Shown: piece by piece, positions 30,044 to 38,510 of the stretch
Position numbering within the stretch: the first letter of the stretch is position 1
How the letters are laid out: every line of letters begins with the position of its first letter
NCBI GenBank assembly: GCA_963678065.2
Contig: CAXXVZ010000004.1
Span: forward strand, 320,001-384,000
Direction of reading: 5' to 3'
Origin: Treponemataceae bacterium
Lineage (GTDB): Bacteria; Spirochaetota; Spirochaetia; Treponematales; Rectinemataceae
DNA: 64,000 nucleotides
The notes under the pieces: model-generated
What the model saw: the letters and a program-made list of their open reading frames with translations, nothing else
What the model was told of the DNA's origin: nothing
The model's database searches: none
Translations under genes and position numbers: made by a program

Positions 30044-30102
30044 GTTGCTCTCCTTCACAGACTCCGATATGGTCCGCACCGGAGTGCCGGGCGGACATCA
30101 TG

Positions 30103-31056
30103 TTACGCCTTCTTGCCGTTCAGCCAGAGGGCGATGATGATCAGGATACCTTTCATGAGCATCTGGCTCTGTATGGGAAAATGTGCCAGGACGCTCAGAT
30201 TCGTGACGATGAGCATGATGATCGTGCCCGTGATGGTGCCGGACACACTGCCGAAACCGCCGCCGATGGCAGCCCCGCCGAGAACGGATGCCGCGATGGT
30301 ATCTATGTCGTATCCGTCTCCCGAGAACTGGTCCGCCATCCCCGTGTAGCCTCCGATGAGAACTCCCACGAAGGCGGCGCAGACGCTGCAGGCTACATAT
30401 GACAGGACCGTGATCCGGTCAGACACGATCCCGGTCAGCGTGGCGACATCGCGATTCGTTCCCACCACGTAGATCCGTCTCCCGAATCCGGTCTTCCCCA
30501 GCGCGGTCGAGATGAGGGCCGCCCCGGCGACGAAGACGAAGAGAAGGTTCGGAATGCCGAAACTCGTCCCCGTTCCCAGGACCTTCAGGTTTTCCGGGAT
30601 GCTTCCGGTCGGAAGTCCTTTCGTCCATATCAGCCTGAGGCCCTTCACCACAGTCGCCATTCCGAGAGTCGCGATGAAGGGCGGAACATGGCGCTTCGAC
30701 ACGAGAAGACCGTTGCAGAGTCCGACCAGCGCCCCGAAGAGACAGACGACGAGGATTCCGGCGAGGAGCCTCGCGCTGTCGCCGGCCATGAAATTGGCCG
30801 CGATGACATTCGAGGTGGAGACCGTCTCGCCGACGGAGAGATCGAGGCCGCCGGAAATGATGACGATGGTCTGACCGAGAGCCGCGAGGCCGAGCATCGA
30901 GAAGCTCCTCGCGATGTTGAGGAGATTCGAGATCCTGAAGAAATTGACTCCCAGGATCGCGTTTACCGCGAAGGCCGCGCAGACGAGAAGGGCGAGGACT
31001 ATGTACAGCCCCGACCGCTCGTCAGACTTGATGGCACGAATGCTGATGTGCTTCAT
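30103..31056 (-). CDS. Sugar ABC transporter permease
   Basis: GGLDLSVG, PPFIATLG, VLGGAAIGGGFG. Confidence 0.92.
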   Translation of the reverse strand: MKHISIRAIKSDERSGLYIVLALLVCAAFAVNAILGVNFFRISNLLNIARSFSMLGLAALGQTIVIISGGLDLSVGETVSTSNVIAANFMAGDSARLLAGILVVCLFGALVGLCNGLLVSKRHVPPFIATLGMATVVKGLRLIWTKGLPTGSIPENLKVLGTGTSFGIPNLLFVFVAGAALISTALGKTGFGRRIYVVGTNRDVATLTGIVSDRITVLSYVACSVCAAFVGVLIGGYTGMADQFSGDGYDIDTIAASVLGGAAIGGGFGSVSGTITGTIIMLIVTNLSVLAHFPIQSQMLMKGILIIIALWLNGKKA

Positions 31057-31103
31057 TTCCGTTTGTCCTGGAACCGAGGATAGGACCACTCCCGGAATCT
31101 GTA

Positions 31104-31132
31104 TATGGACGGAACCTATCCGGCGTATGGAC
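31104..31132 (-). promoter_or_regulatory. Tandem direct repeat, candidate YesN/AraC-type activator site
   Basis: TATGGAC at 31104 and 31126 (22-bp period) upstream of the third ABC operon, next to the response regulator gene. Confidence 0.5.
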
Positions 31133-31267
31133 AATTCGGAAGCGCCGTCTGAGCGGCATGTGCGCGGCCTTCGCGTCGCGCAAGGGCGGGGACGCGGTGA
31201 GATTTCACGTGATGTGTCGGTATTGCCCGCAGGATCATCTGCGGCCGGCGCCTTCTTCCGGTGCGGA

Positions 31268-32035
31268 TCAGGAAGTCTTTCCCGTCCGCTCCCTGTACTC
31301 GATGGGACTCATGCCGGTCAGCTTCCTGAAGGCCCTCGAGAAATAGCACTGGTCATCGTAGCCCAGCATCGAGGCGATTTCTTTCACCATCAGCTCGGGC
31401 CTCTCGTCGAGGATTTTGCGCGCGTGGTTCATGATGAGGTCGAACATGAATTTGCTCGGCGAGACTCCGAAATGATCTTTGAAGGCCTTGCCCAGATAGG
31501 CGGGACTCACGCGGAAGCGCTCGGCCACGGTCTCGAGCGAGGGATGCTTCAGATAATTGGAGCGGAAATACTCCGCGGTCGATTCCGCGAGCTGCCCGCG
31601 CGCCTCGATGTCAGGAAGCGAGGACTGCTCGCCGAAGGCCTGTGCATCCTCTTCGGCGAGCCTGTCGTATATCCGAAAGAGTGCGTTCCGCAGTTCGGCG
31701 ATGTCGACAGGTTTCAGAAGGAACTCGCTCACGCCGAAGCGCATCGCCTGACGGGCGAATTCGAATTCGTTGTAGCCGGAGATGATGATCATCTTCATAT
31801 CCGGATAGCGGTAATACACCGACTCCACCAGCTCCAGTCCATCCATCACGGCCATCCGGATGTCGGTGACGAGAAGGTCGACGGGGTCTGCCCCGATCCG
31901 TTCGAGAGCCGCCGAGCCGTTGTGGGCCTCGGCGACGACGACGAAGCCGGGATGGGCTTCGCGGATTTTCTTGACGATATTCTCCCGGATGATCGCCTCG
32001 TCCTCTACGACGATCGTCCTATATAGTCTGGGCAT
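31268..32035 (-). CDS. Two-component response regulator, receiver + AraC HTH (YesN-like)
   Basis: IVVEDE, TDIRM..MDG, FLLKP, C-terminal YFSRAFRKLTGMSP. Confidence 0.93.
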   Translation of the reverse strand: MPRLYRTIVVEDEAIIRENIVKKIREAHPGFVVVAEAHNGSAALERIGADPVDLLVTDIRMAVMDGLELVESVYYRYPDMKMIIISGYNEFEFARQAMRFGVSEFLLKPVDIAELRNALFRIYDRLAEEDAQAFGEQSSLPDIEARGQLAESTAEYFRSNYLKHPSLETVAERFRVSPAYLGKAFKDHFGVSPSKFMFDLIMNHARKILDERPELMVKEIASMLGYDDQCYFSRAFRKLTGMSPIEYRERTGKTS

Positions 32036-33902
32036 GAGAAATCCTCCCGCCTATCGTGACGCGGGCTCCACCGCCTTCGTCGTTCGCGACGCGGCAGAAA
32101 GCTCCTTCGCCTGAGTGCAGGTACAGACGCGCAGCGATGTTCCTGAGTCCCATGCCCCCCATGCCGAGTCCCATGATTTCCCCATTGTCCCCGCGCGTGG
32201 ACAGGTCGCGGTTCATGGCTTCCAGCGATCCCGGATCGAATCCCGGACCGTTGTCGCGGACTGAAACGGTCCACAGTCCATGTTCCGCGCTACCAGTTAT
32301 CCCGACGAACCAGGGCGGCTCGCGGTTCGTCGCATGCTTCATGCAGTTCTCCACGAGGGGCTGGATCACCAGCTTCGGAATGACGAGATCCTCGAGCGTT
32401 GAGGGCACCGATATATCGAACCGCAGATCCTCGCGGAAGCGAGTCTTCATGCACAACAGATAGCGCCGTGTGTACTCGAGCTCTTCCGGGAGCGTCACGA
32501 AGGAGGACGATCCCGAGGCGCTGTAGCGGAGAAGATGGGTCAGATGTCCGATCGTCTCGGTTATATCCCGGTCCATCCCCTCCTCGGCCATGATGCCGAG
32601 CACGCTCAGCATGTTGAACAGAAAATGGGGATCCATCTGGGACTGGAGCGCGAGGAAGGTGGCGCGCATCTCGCGCTCCTTCGCCTCGAGCATTCCCCTG
32701 ACCGAGTCGCCGACCTTCTCGTGCATCTCCTTGAACGAGAGCTGAAGCTCTCCCAGCTCGTCGAGACTGGTGTCGATCTCGAAATCCCTCTTTCTGAGAA
32801 TGCCTTCGCCTTCAAGGCTCTTGAGCGCTTCCTTCAGCTCCGAGATCGGCGCAGTGATTCGCAGGGAGAGGCGCGAGGCCAGCCACACGGCCGCTGCTAT
32901 GGTGATGGCGCAGATGAGGGCGATGAGGAGGGTGAAATCCCTCACCGGCCTGAGAAGGGTGCGCTCCTTCTTTGTCACGAGTATTTTCCAATCCGTCTGC
33001 CTGGGCTCCTGGGCCACGAGGATTTCCCGCTCCCGCGAAAAAGGCCTGACCGCGGCGACAGGAACTCCGGGCTTGAGGCCCGCGACGAAGGCGCCGTCCC
33101 ATCCGGCGGCGCCGGCGGGAAAGGGATACAGCTGCCTGCCTGGGCCGTCGAAGACGAAACAGCTCTCCTCGGCACCCCCGAAATTCTTGAAGATCTCGTC
33201 GTGGAACTGCTTCACCTCGATGACGCCCAGAGGAGTCTTGGTCGAATCGTAGAAGACCCGGCACAGGGAGAGGTACAGGCGCCGACGGTAGAGCGCGACA
33301 GTTTCGTCGAGGAGTTTGTCTTCCCGGGGATAGGTGACGATCTTGGAGCCATACCTGAGGTCCAGGCCCGGAAACCACTCCTTCGCCCGCACATCGAGGG
33401 CCGCCTCCCGCGAGAAGATGCCCGCCCCCACCATTCCGCCCGAAAAATCGTAGAGATTCACCTGCGGCACGGGTTTGAGGGGGCCGATGATCGTGAAGAG
33501 CAGATCGGTGATCCGCTTGGTCGTGAGGTATTTCCCGACATTGCGTTCGGGGCTCTCCGGAGCTCCGCCGAGTTTGCCGAACTCGGCGAAATCCCGCTTG
33601 AGGACATCAGAGTTGGTGATGTTGAGGGAAATGTTGTTCATCTTGACGATTTCGGAGTCGATGGAGCGGGAAAAGGACGAGGCAAGTTCCTGGAGCGAGG
33701 CGATCGCGCGCTTTCTGAGTATGTCCGCCGTGTAGACGTAGAAAAAAACGGCGAAGATCACGGTCATGAGCACGATGAGCGCGAGGTGGGAACGGAATAT
33801 CGTCGATCGTACGCTCTTGCGGAACATCATCCGGAGTCCGTCCCGTTCCGTCCTGATTCCGCCACCGGCTATAGGCAGTACAGGTGTCCGGAACCGATTC
33901 AT
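32019..33902 (-). CDS. Sensor histidine kinase (YesM/LytS type); start may be 33830
   Basis: Two TM segments, HAMP, ALQSQMDPHFLFN, IQPLVEN..KH, DNGPG. Confidence 0.92.
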   Translation of the reverse strand: MNRFRTPVLPIAGGGIRTERDGLRMMFRKSVRSTIFRSHLALIVLMTVIFAVFFYVYTADILRKRAIASLQELASSFSRSIDSEIVKMNNISLNITNSDVLKRDFAEFGKLGGAPESPERNVGKYLTTKRITDLLFTIIGPLKPVPQVNLYDFSGGMVGAGIFSREAALDVRAKEWFPGLDLRYGSKIVTYPREDKLLDETVALYRRRLYLSLCRVFYDSTKTPLGVIEVKQFHDEIFKNFGGAEESCFVFDGPGRQLYPFPAGAAGWDGAFVAGLKPGVPVAAVRPFSREREILVAQEPRQTDWKILVTKKERTLLRPVRDFTLLIALICAITIAAAVWLASRLSLRITAPISELKEALKSLEGEGILRKRDFEIDTSLDELGELQLSFKEMHEKVGDSVRGMLEAKEREMRATFLALQSQMDPHFLFNMLSVLGIMAEEGMDRDITETIGHLTHLLRYSASGSSSFVTLPEELEYTRRYLLCMKTRFREDLRFDISVPSTLEDLVIPKLVIQPLVENCMKHATNREPPWFVGITGSAEHGLWTVSVRDNGPGFDPGSLEAMNRDLSTRGDNGEIMGLGMGGMGLRNIAARLYLHSGEGAFCRVANDEGGGARVTIGGRISHAQTI

Positions 33903-33941
33903 GATATCACCTCCGATTCAGGAGCATCAATCCTGAATCGG

Positions 33942-35099
33942 TCAGCCTATCTGTATCTTCCGTCCCGACGCGGCGGACTCGAGCCCCGCCTCGAGCACCC
34001 TGAGCTCCATCATGCCATCGTAGAAGTCGGGGCGGATGCGCGTCTTCCTGTTGACCGCGTCCACGAAGTCGACGACGGCGTGCACGAACTCGTGTTCGTA
34101 GCCGATGATGTGTCCGGCCGGCCACCAGGCAGCCATGTAGTCGTGGCTGCCCTCGGTGGCGAGGATTGTCCTGAACCCTTGAGCGTAATCGGGGTCGACG
34201 GAGGAGAAGTACTGCAGCTCGTTCATGCGCTCGAGGTCGAAGATGAGACTGCCCTTCTCGCCGTAGATCTCGAAGTAGTTGTAGTTCTTGCGCCCGGGGG
34301 CGAAGCGCGTCGCCTCGAAAGATCCGAGGGCGCCGTTCTCGAACTCGACGAGCATGAAAGCCGCGTCTTCGACCGTGACCGCGCCCATTCCTGTGCCGGA
34401 AAGCCCGCCTTTGAAGGTGCCCGAGACGGCTTCGTCCGGAAGAGGGCGCTCGGTGATGAAGTTGGCCGTCATCCCGGTGACGGTCTTTATGTCGCCGACG
34501 AGGTAGCGCGCGAGGTCCACCGAGTGGGAGTTGAGGTCTCCCTGGGGACCGGAGCCGGCGATTTCTTTGCGCAGGTGCCAGGTGAGGGGAAAATTCGGGT
34601 CGACGATCCAGGACTGCAGGTAGGCCCCGCGCCAGTGGAAGATCCTGCCGATCTTGCCCTCGTCGATGAGGCGCTTCGCGAGCCTGACGGCCGGGCAGCG
34701 CCGGTAATTGTGGTTCACGTAGTGGGTGACGCCGGAGACTTGCGCGGCCTCCCAGAGTTCCTGGGCCTGCTTCACGCTCACGGCGAGAGGCTTCTCGCAG
34801 AACACATGCTTGCCGGCCCTCATCGCCTCCATGGCGATCTCGTAGTGGGTGGCCTGGGGCGAGCAGATGTCGACGATGTCGACATCGTCGGAGTTCACCA
34901 TCTTCTTCCAGTCTGTCTCGACGCGCTTCCAGCCCCAGCGCTCCGCGAACTCGGCGAGCTGCGCCTCGTTGCGGCCGCAGGCCACCTGCAGGACGGGCTT
35001 CGCTTCCATGTCGAAGAATTCGGGAGCGCGCTTCCACGCGTTCGAGTGGGCCTTGCCCATAAACTTGTGGCCGACGATTCCGACCCTGAGCTCTTTCAT
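33942..35099 (-). CDS. Gfo/Idh/MocA oxidoreductase resembling the levoglucosan/glycoside 3-dehydrogenase group
   Basis: FMGKAHS, CEKPLA, NYRRCPAV.LAK, YLQSW.VDP..PLTW...K.IAGSG..GD, EATR, FEIYG, IGY. Confidence 0.85.
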   Translation of the reverse strand: MKELRVGIVGHKFMGKAHSNAWKRAPEFFDMEAKPVLQVACGRNEAQLAEFAERWGWKRVETDWKKMVNSDDVDIVDICSPQATHYEIAMEAMRAGKHVFCEKPLAVSVKQAQELWEAAQVSGVTHYVNHNYRRCPAVRLAKRLIDEGKIGRIFHWRGAYLQSWIVDPNFPLTWHLRKEIAGSGPQGDLNSHSVDLARYLVGDIKTVTGMTANFITERPLPDEAVSGTFKGGLSGTGMGAVTVEDAAFMLVEFENGALGSFEATRFAPGRKNYNYFEIYGEKGSLIFDLERMNELQYFSSVDPDYAQGFRTILATEGSHDYMAAWWPAGHIIGYEHEFVHAVVDFVDAVNRKTRIRPDFYDGMMELRVLEAGLESAASGRKIQIG

Positions 35100-35117
35100 G
35101 CCTGCCTCTCCTTGTTT

Positions 35118-35978
35118 TCAGCCGACGATGGCGGCGATGCGCTTGAGTTCCGCGATGCTCTTCGCGACCGCGGCATCCTCGTCTTCATGGTAGTCGGGAT
35201 GGAGGTAGTCGATCTCGACGGCGAGGAATCCCTTGTAATCCGCTTCCTTGAGAATGCGCGCGAGGGCCAGATTGTCCACAAGGCCGTCACCGACGGGAGT
35301 CGTGGCGAAAAAGTGCCAGTTCTTCACATTCTGGCCTTTCTCGGGCTTGAGGTCTTTCACGTGGGTGGCGAAGGTGTACTTCGCGAGTTTCTTCATGCCC
35401 TCGACCGGGTCGTCGTGCACGCGCATGAAGTTGCCCGTGTCGAAGTTGATGCCGAAATTGGGTGAGCCGACGGCCTGGATGAGAAAGAGCATCTCGTCGG
35501 AATCGAAATCGATGTGATTCTCGTCGGCTATCTTCAGGCCCATGCGCTCGGCTTCCTTCGCGGCGACCGCGAACATCGCCGTGAGCTTCTCGAGCTGGGG
35601 ACCGTGATCCTCGTGGCGGAAGGCGAGACTCGATCCGACCACGCGCATCGTGTCGGCCCCGATGGCCGCCGCATAGTGCATGGCCTTCATCATATCGTCG
35701 AAGGCCTTCTCGTTCTTTCCGCCTTCGAGCCCGTCCGGATGTCCCCAGGCGAAGACCCGGTCCAGCCCGAAGGAATCCAGCATCCCCTTCACCTCGGAGA
35801 GGTAGGACGCGTCGAAACGCGGAAAGAAGCAGGATTCCAGCGAAACACCGTCGACTCCGAGTTCCTTCGCGCGAGCAAGAAAACCTTCGAGCGTCATGGC
35901 CGTGGCCGGAGCGCGCTGGTCAGGATATACTTCCCCGAAGAACCTGTGGTAACAGTAACTGTCGATGCCTACTTTCAT
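35118..35978 (-). CDS. Sugar phosphate isomerase/epimerase (xylose-isomerase-like TIM barrel, IolE family)
   Basis: ADENH, NFDTGN, THVKD, LAVEID metal-ligand pattern; GGAGG RBS. Confidence 0.87.
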   Translation of the reverse strand: MKVGIDSYCYHRFFGEVYPDQRAPATAMTLEGFLARAKELGVDGVSLESCFFPRFDASYLSEVKGMLDSFGLDRVFAWGHPDGLEGGKNEKAFDDMMKAMHYAAAIGADTMRVVGSSLAFRHEDHGPQLEKLTAMFAVAAKEAERMGLKIADENHIDFDSDEMLFLIQAVGSPNFGINFDTGNFMRVHDDPVEGMKKLAKYTFATHVKDLKPEKGQNVKNWHFFATTPVGDGLVDNLALARILKEADYKGFLAVEIDYLHPDYHEDEDAAVAKSIAELKRIAAIVG

Positions 35979-36033
35979 TTCACCCTCCTGTCCCGACACT
36001 CTATCGATTGCGATATACTATCGTTTAATCATC

Positions 36034-36132
36034 ATAATACACCACTTTTCTAGCATGTCAACAATAATAATGAATAAATCGAAAACAATTGACAATAAAA
36101 AGCTTGACGATTCAAAAAAAACATCGTAGTCT
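36034..36132. promoter_or_regulatory. Divergent sigma70-type promoters in an AT-rich intergenic region
   Basis: Minus strand: TTGACA(36061-36056)-16-TATTAT. Plus strand: TTGACG(36104)-17-TAGTCT. Confidence 0.6.
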
Positions 36133-36214
36133 GAGCCTGCGCTGGTAGCTAAACTCCCCGCGCAAGCGGGTGCGGAGCGCGAAGTCCGCGCCCTTTCGGA
36201 TGGAGGATGCACCC

Positions 36215-37531
36215 ATGAAAGCCAGACTGCTTCCAGTCTACTTCACCTCAGGGATGGATGGGGAGTTCGCGGCGCAGCTGCGGACCATCTCGGAACAGCT
36301 CGCGAACGAGGCTGATTTTCTCGCTCCCGCCAGACTCGGAAGGCCCCTGCCCGAGGCCGACGCCATCGTGTTTCCCCAGCTCATCGGGGATGCCTTCAAA
36401 GAGATGGGCCAGCTCATCGCGATCGACAGCCCCTTCCTCGTCCTCACCTCGGAATTCTGCACCGTCGCGATGTGGGACTGGGAAATCGTGAGCCTTTTCA
36501 AAGCGAAAGGCGCGAAGGTCTTCACGCCCTATACCCTGGCGCAGGCGAAAATCATCTGCAGAGCACTGGGCGCCCACAGACAGCTCGCGCTCACGAAGTT
36601 CCTCGTCTTCCAGGATGACCCCGGAGAGGGCATGCAGGCGAGTATCTTCAAGCGCTTCTACTGGTGGGAGGACGAGTGCAGCCGCGCCATGAAGGAGCGC
36701 TTCGGCGTGACTGTCGAGAAGCGCAGCTTCAAAAAACTCGGCGCCGACGCGAAGCTGATTTCCGACGGGGAAGCCGACGCCGTCATACGGGAAAAGGCCC
36801 TGAGCGACGAGGGCATCGGATGCCGCCCGCTTCGCGGCGCGGCCAAGATGTACATCGCCGTGAAGCGCGAGATCGCGGGCGATGCGGCGATCAGGGGCGC
36901 CGGAATCAACTGCCTCAACGAATCCATGTACTCCGACACCACGCCTTGCCTCGCCTGGGATCTCCTTTTCAAGGAAAGCGGACTCCTGTGGTCCTGCGAG
37001 GCGGACACCATGTCCCTCCTCACGGAATACATCGTGCACGAGTCGCTCGGCGGCCCCATCATGATGAGCAACGTCTATCCCTTCCTCATGGGACAGGCAG
37101 CCCTCAAACACGAGAAGATCGCCGCCTTCCCCGAGGTCGAACATCCGGAAAACCACGCGCTGGTCGCACACTGCGGGTATTTCGGCCTGGTCTGTTCCGC
37201 TCACGCGAGGTCCTGGAAACTTGCGGCCAAGGTCCTCGGCATCGTCGACGAGAACGCCATCGCCATCGACGCCGAGCTGCCGGTCGGGCCGGTCACCCTG
37301 GCCAAGCTCGACCCATTGCTGCAAAAACTGCAGGTCATTCCCGGCGAGATCGTCAGCTACGCGGGCTACCCCGGCTCCGACTGTCGCAACGGCGCCGTCG
37401 TCCGCGTGCGCGACGGTCGCGCGCTCATGAACTCGCTTTACTCCCACCATCAGTGCTTCACGACGGGGGACAGGTCGCTCGAACTCGGACTCGTCGCGAC
37501 AGCCTTCGGACTTGAAACCTTTCTGATCTGA
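36215..37531 (+). CDS. Divergent L-fucose-isomerase-like protein
   Basis: GINCLNES..TTPCLA, SCEAD, AHCG, DCR, SHHQ: the FucI-type C-terminal pattern also seen in the gene at 12470. Confidence 0.6.
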   Translation: MKARLLPVYFTSGMDGEFAAQLRTISEQLANEADFLAPARLGRPLPEADAIVFPQLIGDAFKEMGQLIAIDSPFLVLTSEFCTVAMWDWEIVSLFKAKGAKVFTPYTLAQAKIICRALGAHRQLALTKFLVFQDDPGEGMQASIFKRFYWWEDECSRAMKERFGVTVEKRSFKKLGADAKLISDGEADAVIREKALSDEGIGCRPLRGAAKMYIAVKREIAGDAAIRGAGINCLNESMYSDTTPCLAWDLLFKESGLLWSCEADTMSLLTEYIVHESLGGPIMMSNVYPFLMGQAALKHEKIAAFPEVEHPENHALVAHCGYFGLVCSAHARSWKLAAKVLGIVDENAIAIDAELPVGPVTLAKLDPLLQKLQVIPGEIVSYAGYPGSDCRNGAVVRVRDGRALMNSLYSHHQCFTTGDRSLELGLVATAFGLETFLI

Positions 37532-37567
37532 AATACGCAGCGGCCCCGAAGGCCCGCATATCATAAA

Positions 37568-37612
37568 TATGAACTAGTTTATATTGACAAACAATATAAA
37601 CTAGTTCATACT
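37568..37612 (+). promoter_or_regulatory. Perfect 19-bp inverted repeat operator overlapping a sigma70 promoter
   Basis: TATGAACTAGTTTATATTG-acaaa-CAATATAAACTAGTTCATA; TTGACA(37584)-17-CATACT(37607). Confidence 0.8.
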
Positions 37613-37618
37613 ATTTAT

Positions 37619-37762
37619 ATGGCTGAGATAATCATCAGAGAGGTTGATGAAAAACTGCGGAATGCCTTCAAGGCGTGGTGTGTCGAGAAAGGCTCGACCA
37701 TGAAGGCTGAGTTGGTCAAATACATGCAACAGATAGTAGAGGAACGCAAGAAAGAAAAGTGA
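37619..37762 (+). CDS. 47-aa ribbon-helix-helix DNA-binding protein (Arc/ParG/FitA-like), below the ORF-track cutoff
   Basis: MAEIIIREVDEKLRNAFKAWCVEKGSTMKAELVKYMQQIVEERKKEK*: beta strand, helix, G-S-T turn, helix. Confidence 0.8.
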   Translation: MAEIIIREVDEKLRNAFKAWCVEKGSTMKAELVKYMQQIVEERKKEK

Positions 37763-37771
37763 AGCGGATTC

Positions 37772-37800
37772 CCGGCACCTTCTGCCGGATCTTTGTTCTT
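37772..37800 (+). terminator. Probable terminator after the RHH gene
   Basis: CCGGCA-ccttc-TGCCGG followed by ATCTTTGTTCTT. Confidence 0.45.
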
Positions 37801-37879
37801 GGCGGTATCGCAAGTCTATCGGGCGTTGAGCGGGTGGACGTTTATGTCCTTCCCATTACGAACGAGGCAGGGGGATACT

Positions 37880-38368
37880 ATGGTCAAGAACGAAAAGTCC
37901 AAGATGTGGGTGGACAGGATCCTGGGGTTTGTGGTTGGAGGGGCTCTTGTCCTCCTGGTATCGAGTGTCGGTGTCGTCAGTCCGCTCAAGACTGAAAACA
38001 CGGCGCTGAAAACCCAACTGAGCGAGATCCAGAATGGAGCGCCGCGTCTTCTGAGCGAGGCTAAAGCCTTCGTCGAAAGCAAGAACTACGACAGCGCACT
38101 GAAGACTCTGGATACACTCTTTCTTCAGCAGCCGATTTCCGCCGAAGCGGCGGAGGGCAAAAAAATGTATGCCTCAATCGAAGCCACTGTCAAACAGAAG
38201 AACCTGAAATGGGAAGCGGTCGTCGGCTCGCTCAAAACCTCATGGGAAAGGACCAAGGCCACCGAACTGAGAGGGAAGATGGAGCAGGACATGACCGACA
38301 CATTGAACAGGGAATGGGAGAACTCGAAAGACACGATCAAGAAAGAGTGGGAAGCCAAACAGCTGTAA
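37880..38368 (+). CDS. Hypothetical membrane-anchored helical protein (one TM, coiled coil, TPR-like hairpin)
   Basis: ILGFVVGGALVLLV TM; LLSEAKAFVESKNYDSALKTLDTL..QP.S.EA TPR-like segment; GGGGGA RBS. Confidence 0.65.
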   Translation: MVKNEKSKMWVDRILGFVVGGALVLLVSSVGVVSPLKTENTALKTQLSEIQNGAPRLLSEAKAFVESKNYDSALKTLDTLFLQQPISAEAAEGKKMYASIEATVKQKNLKWEAVVGSLKTSWERTKATELRGKMEQDMTDTLNREWENSKDTIKKEWEAKQL

Positions 38369-38419
38369 TCCCCGATAAGCCCGAGAGTGCGGCGGAGAAT
38401 CCGCCACGCGTAAAACTGT

Positions 38420-38468
38420 AAGAAGAGCCTGATCGTCCGAACGGTGTTCGTGCGATCAGGCTCTTCTT
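38420..38468. terminator. Long hairpin between convergent genes (bidirectional terminator candidate)
   Basis: AAGAAGAGCCTGATCG-tc-CGAAC-ggt-GTTCG-tg-CGATCAGGCTCTTCTT. Confidence 0.7.
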
Positions 38469-38510
38469 CTGTCACAGCTTGAGTGAGATGACGAGGCAGT
38501 TCACGAGCGC

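Noticed and set aside
37619..38368. Type II toxin-antitoxin pair (RHH + downstream ORF)
   Set aside because: The genes are 117 bp apart with a hairpin between them, and the downstream protein is membrane-anchored with no PIN/RelE/GNAT features.
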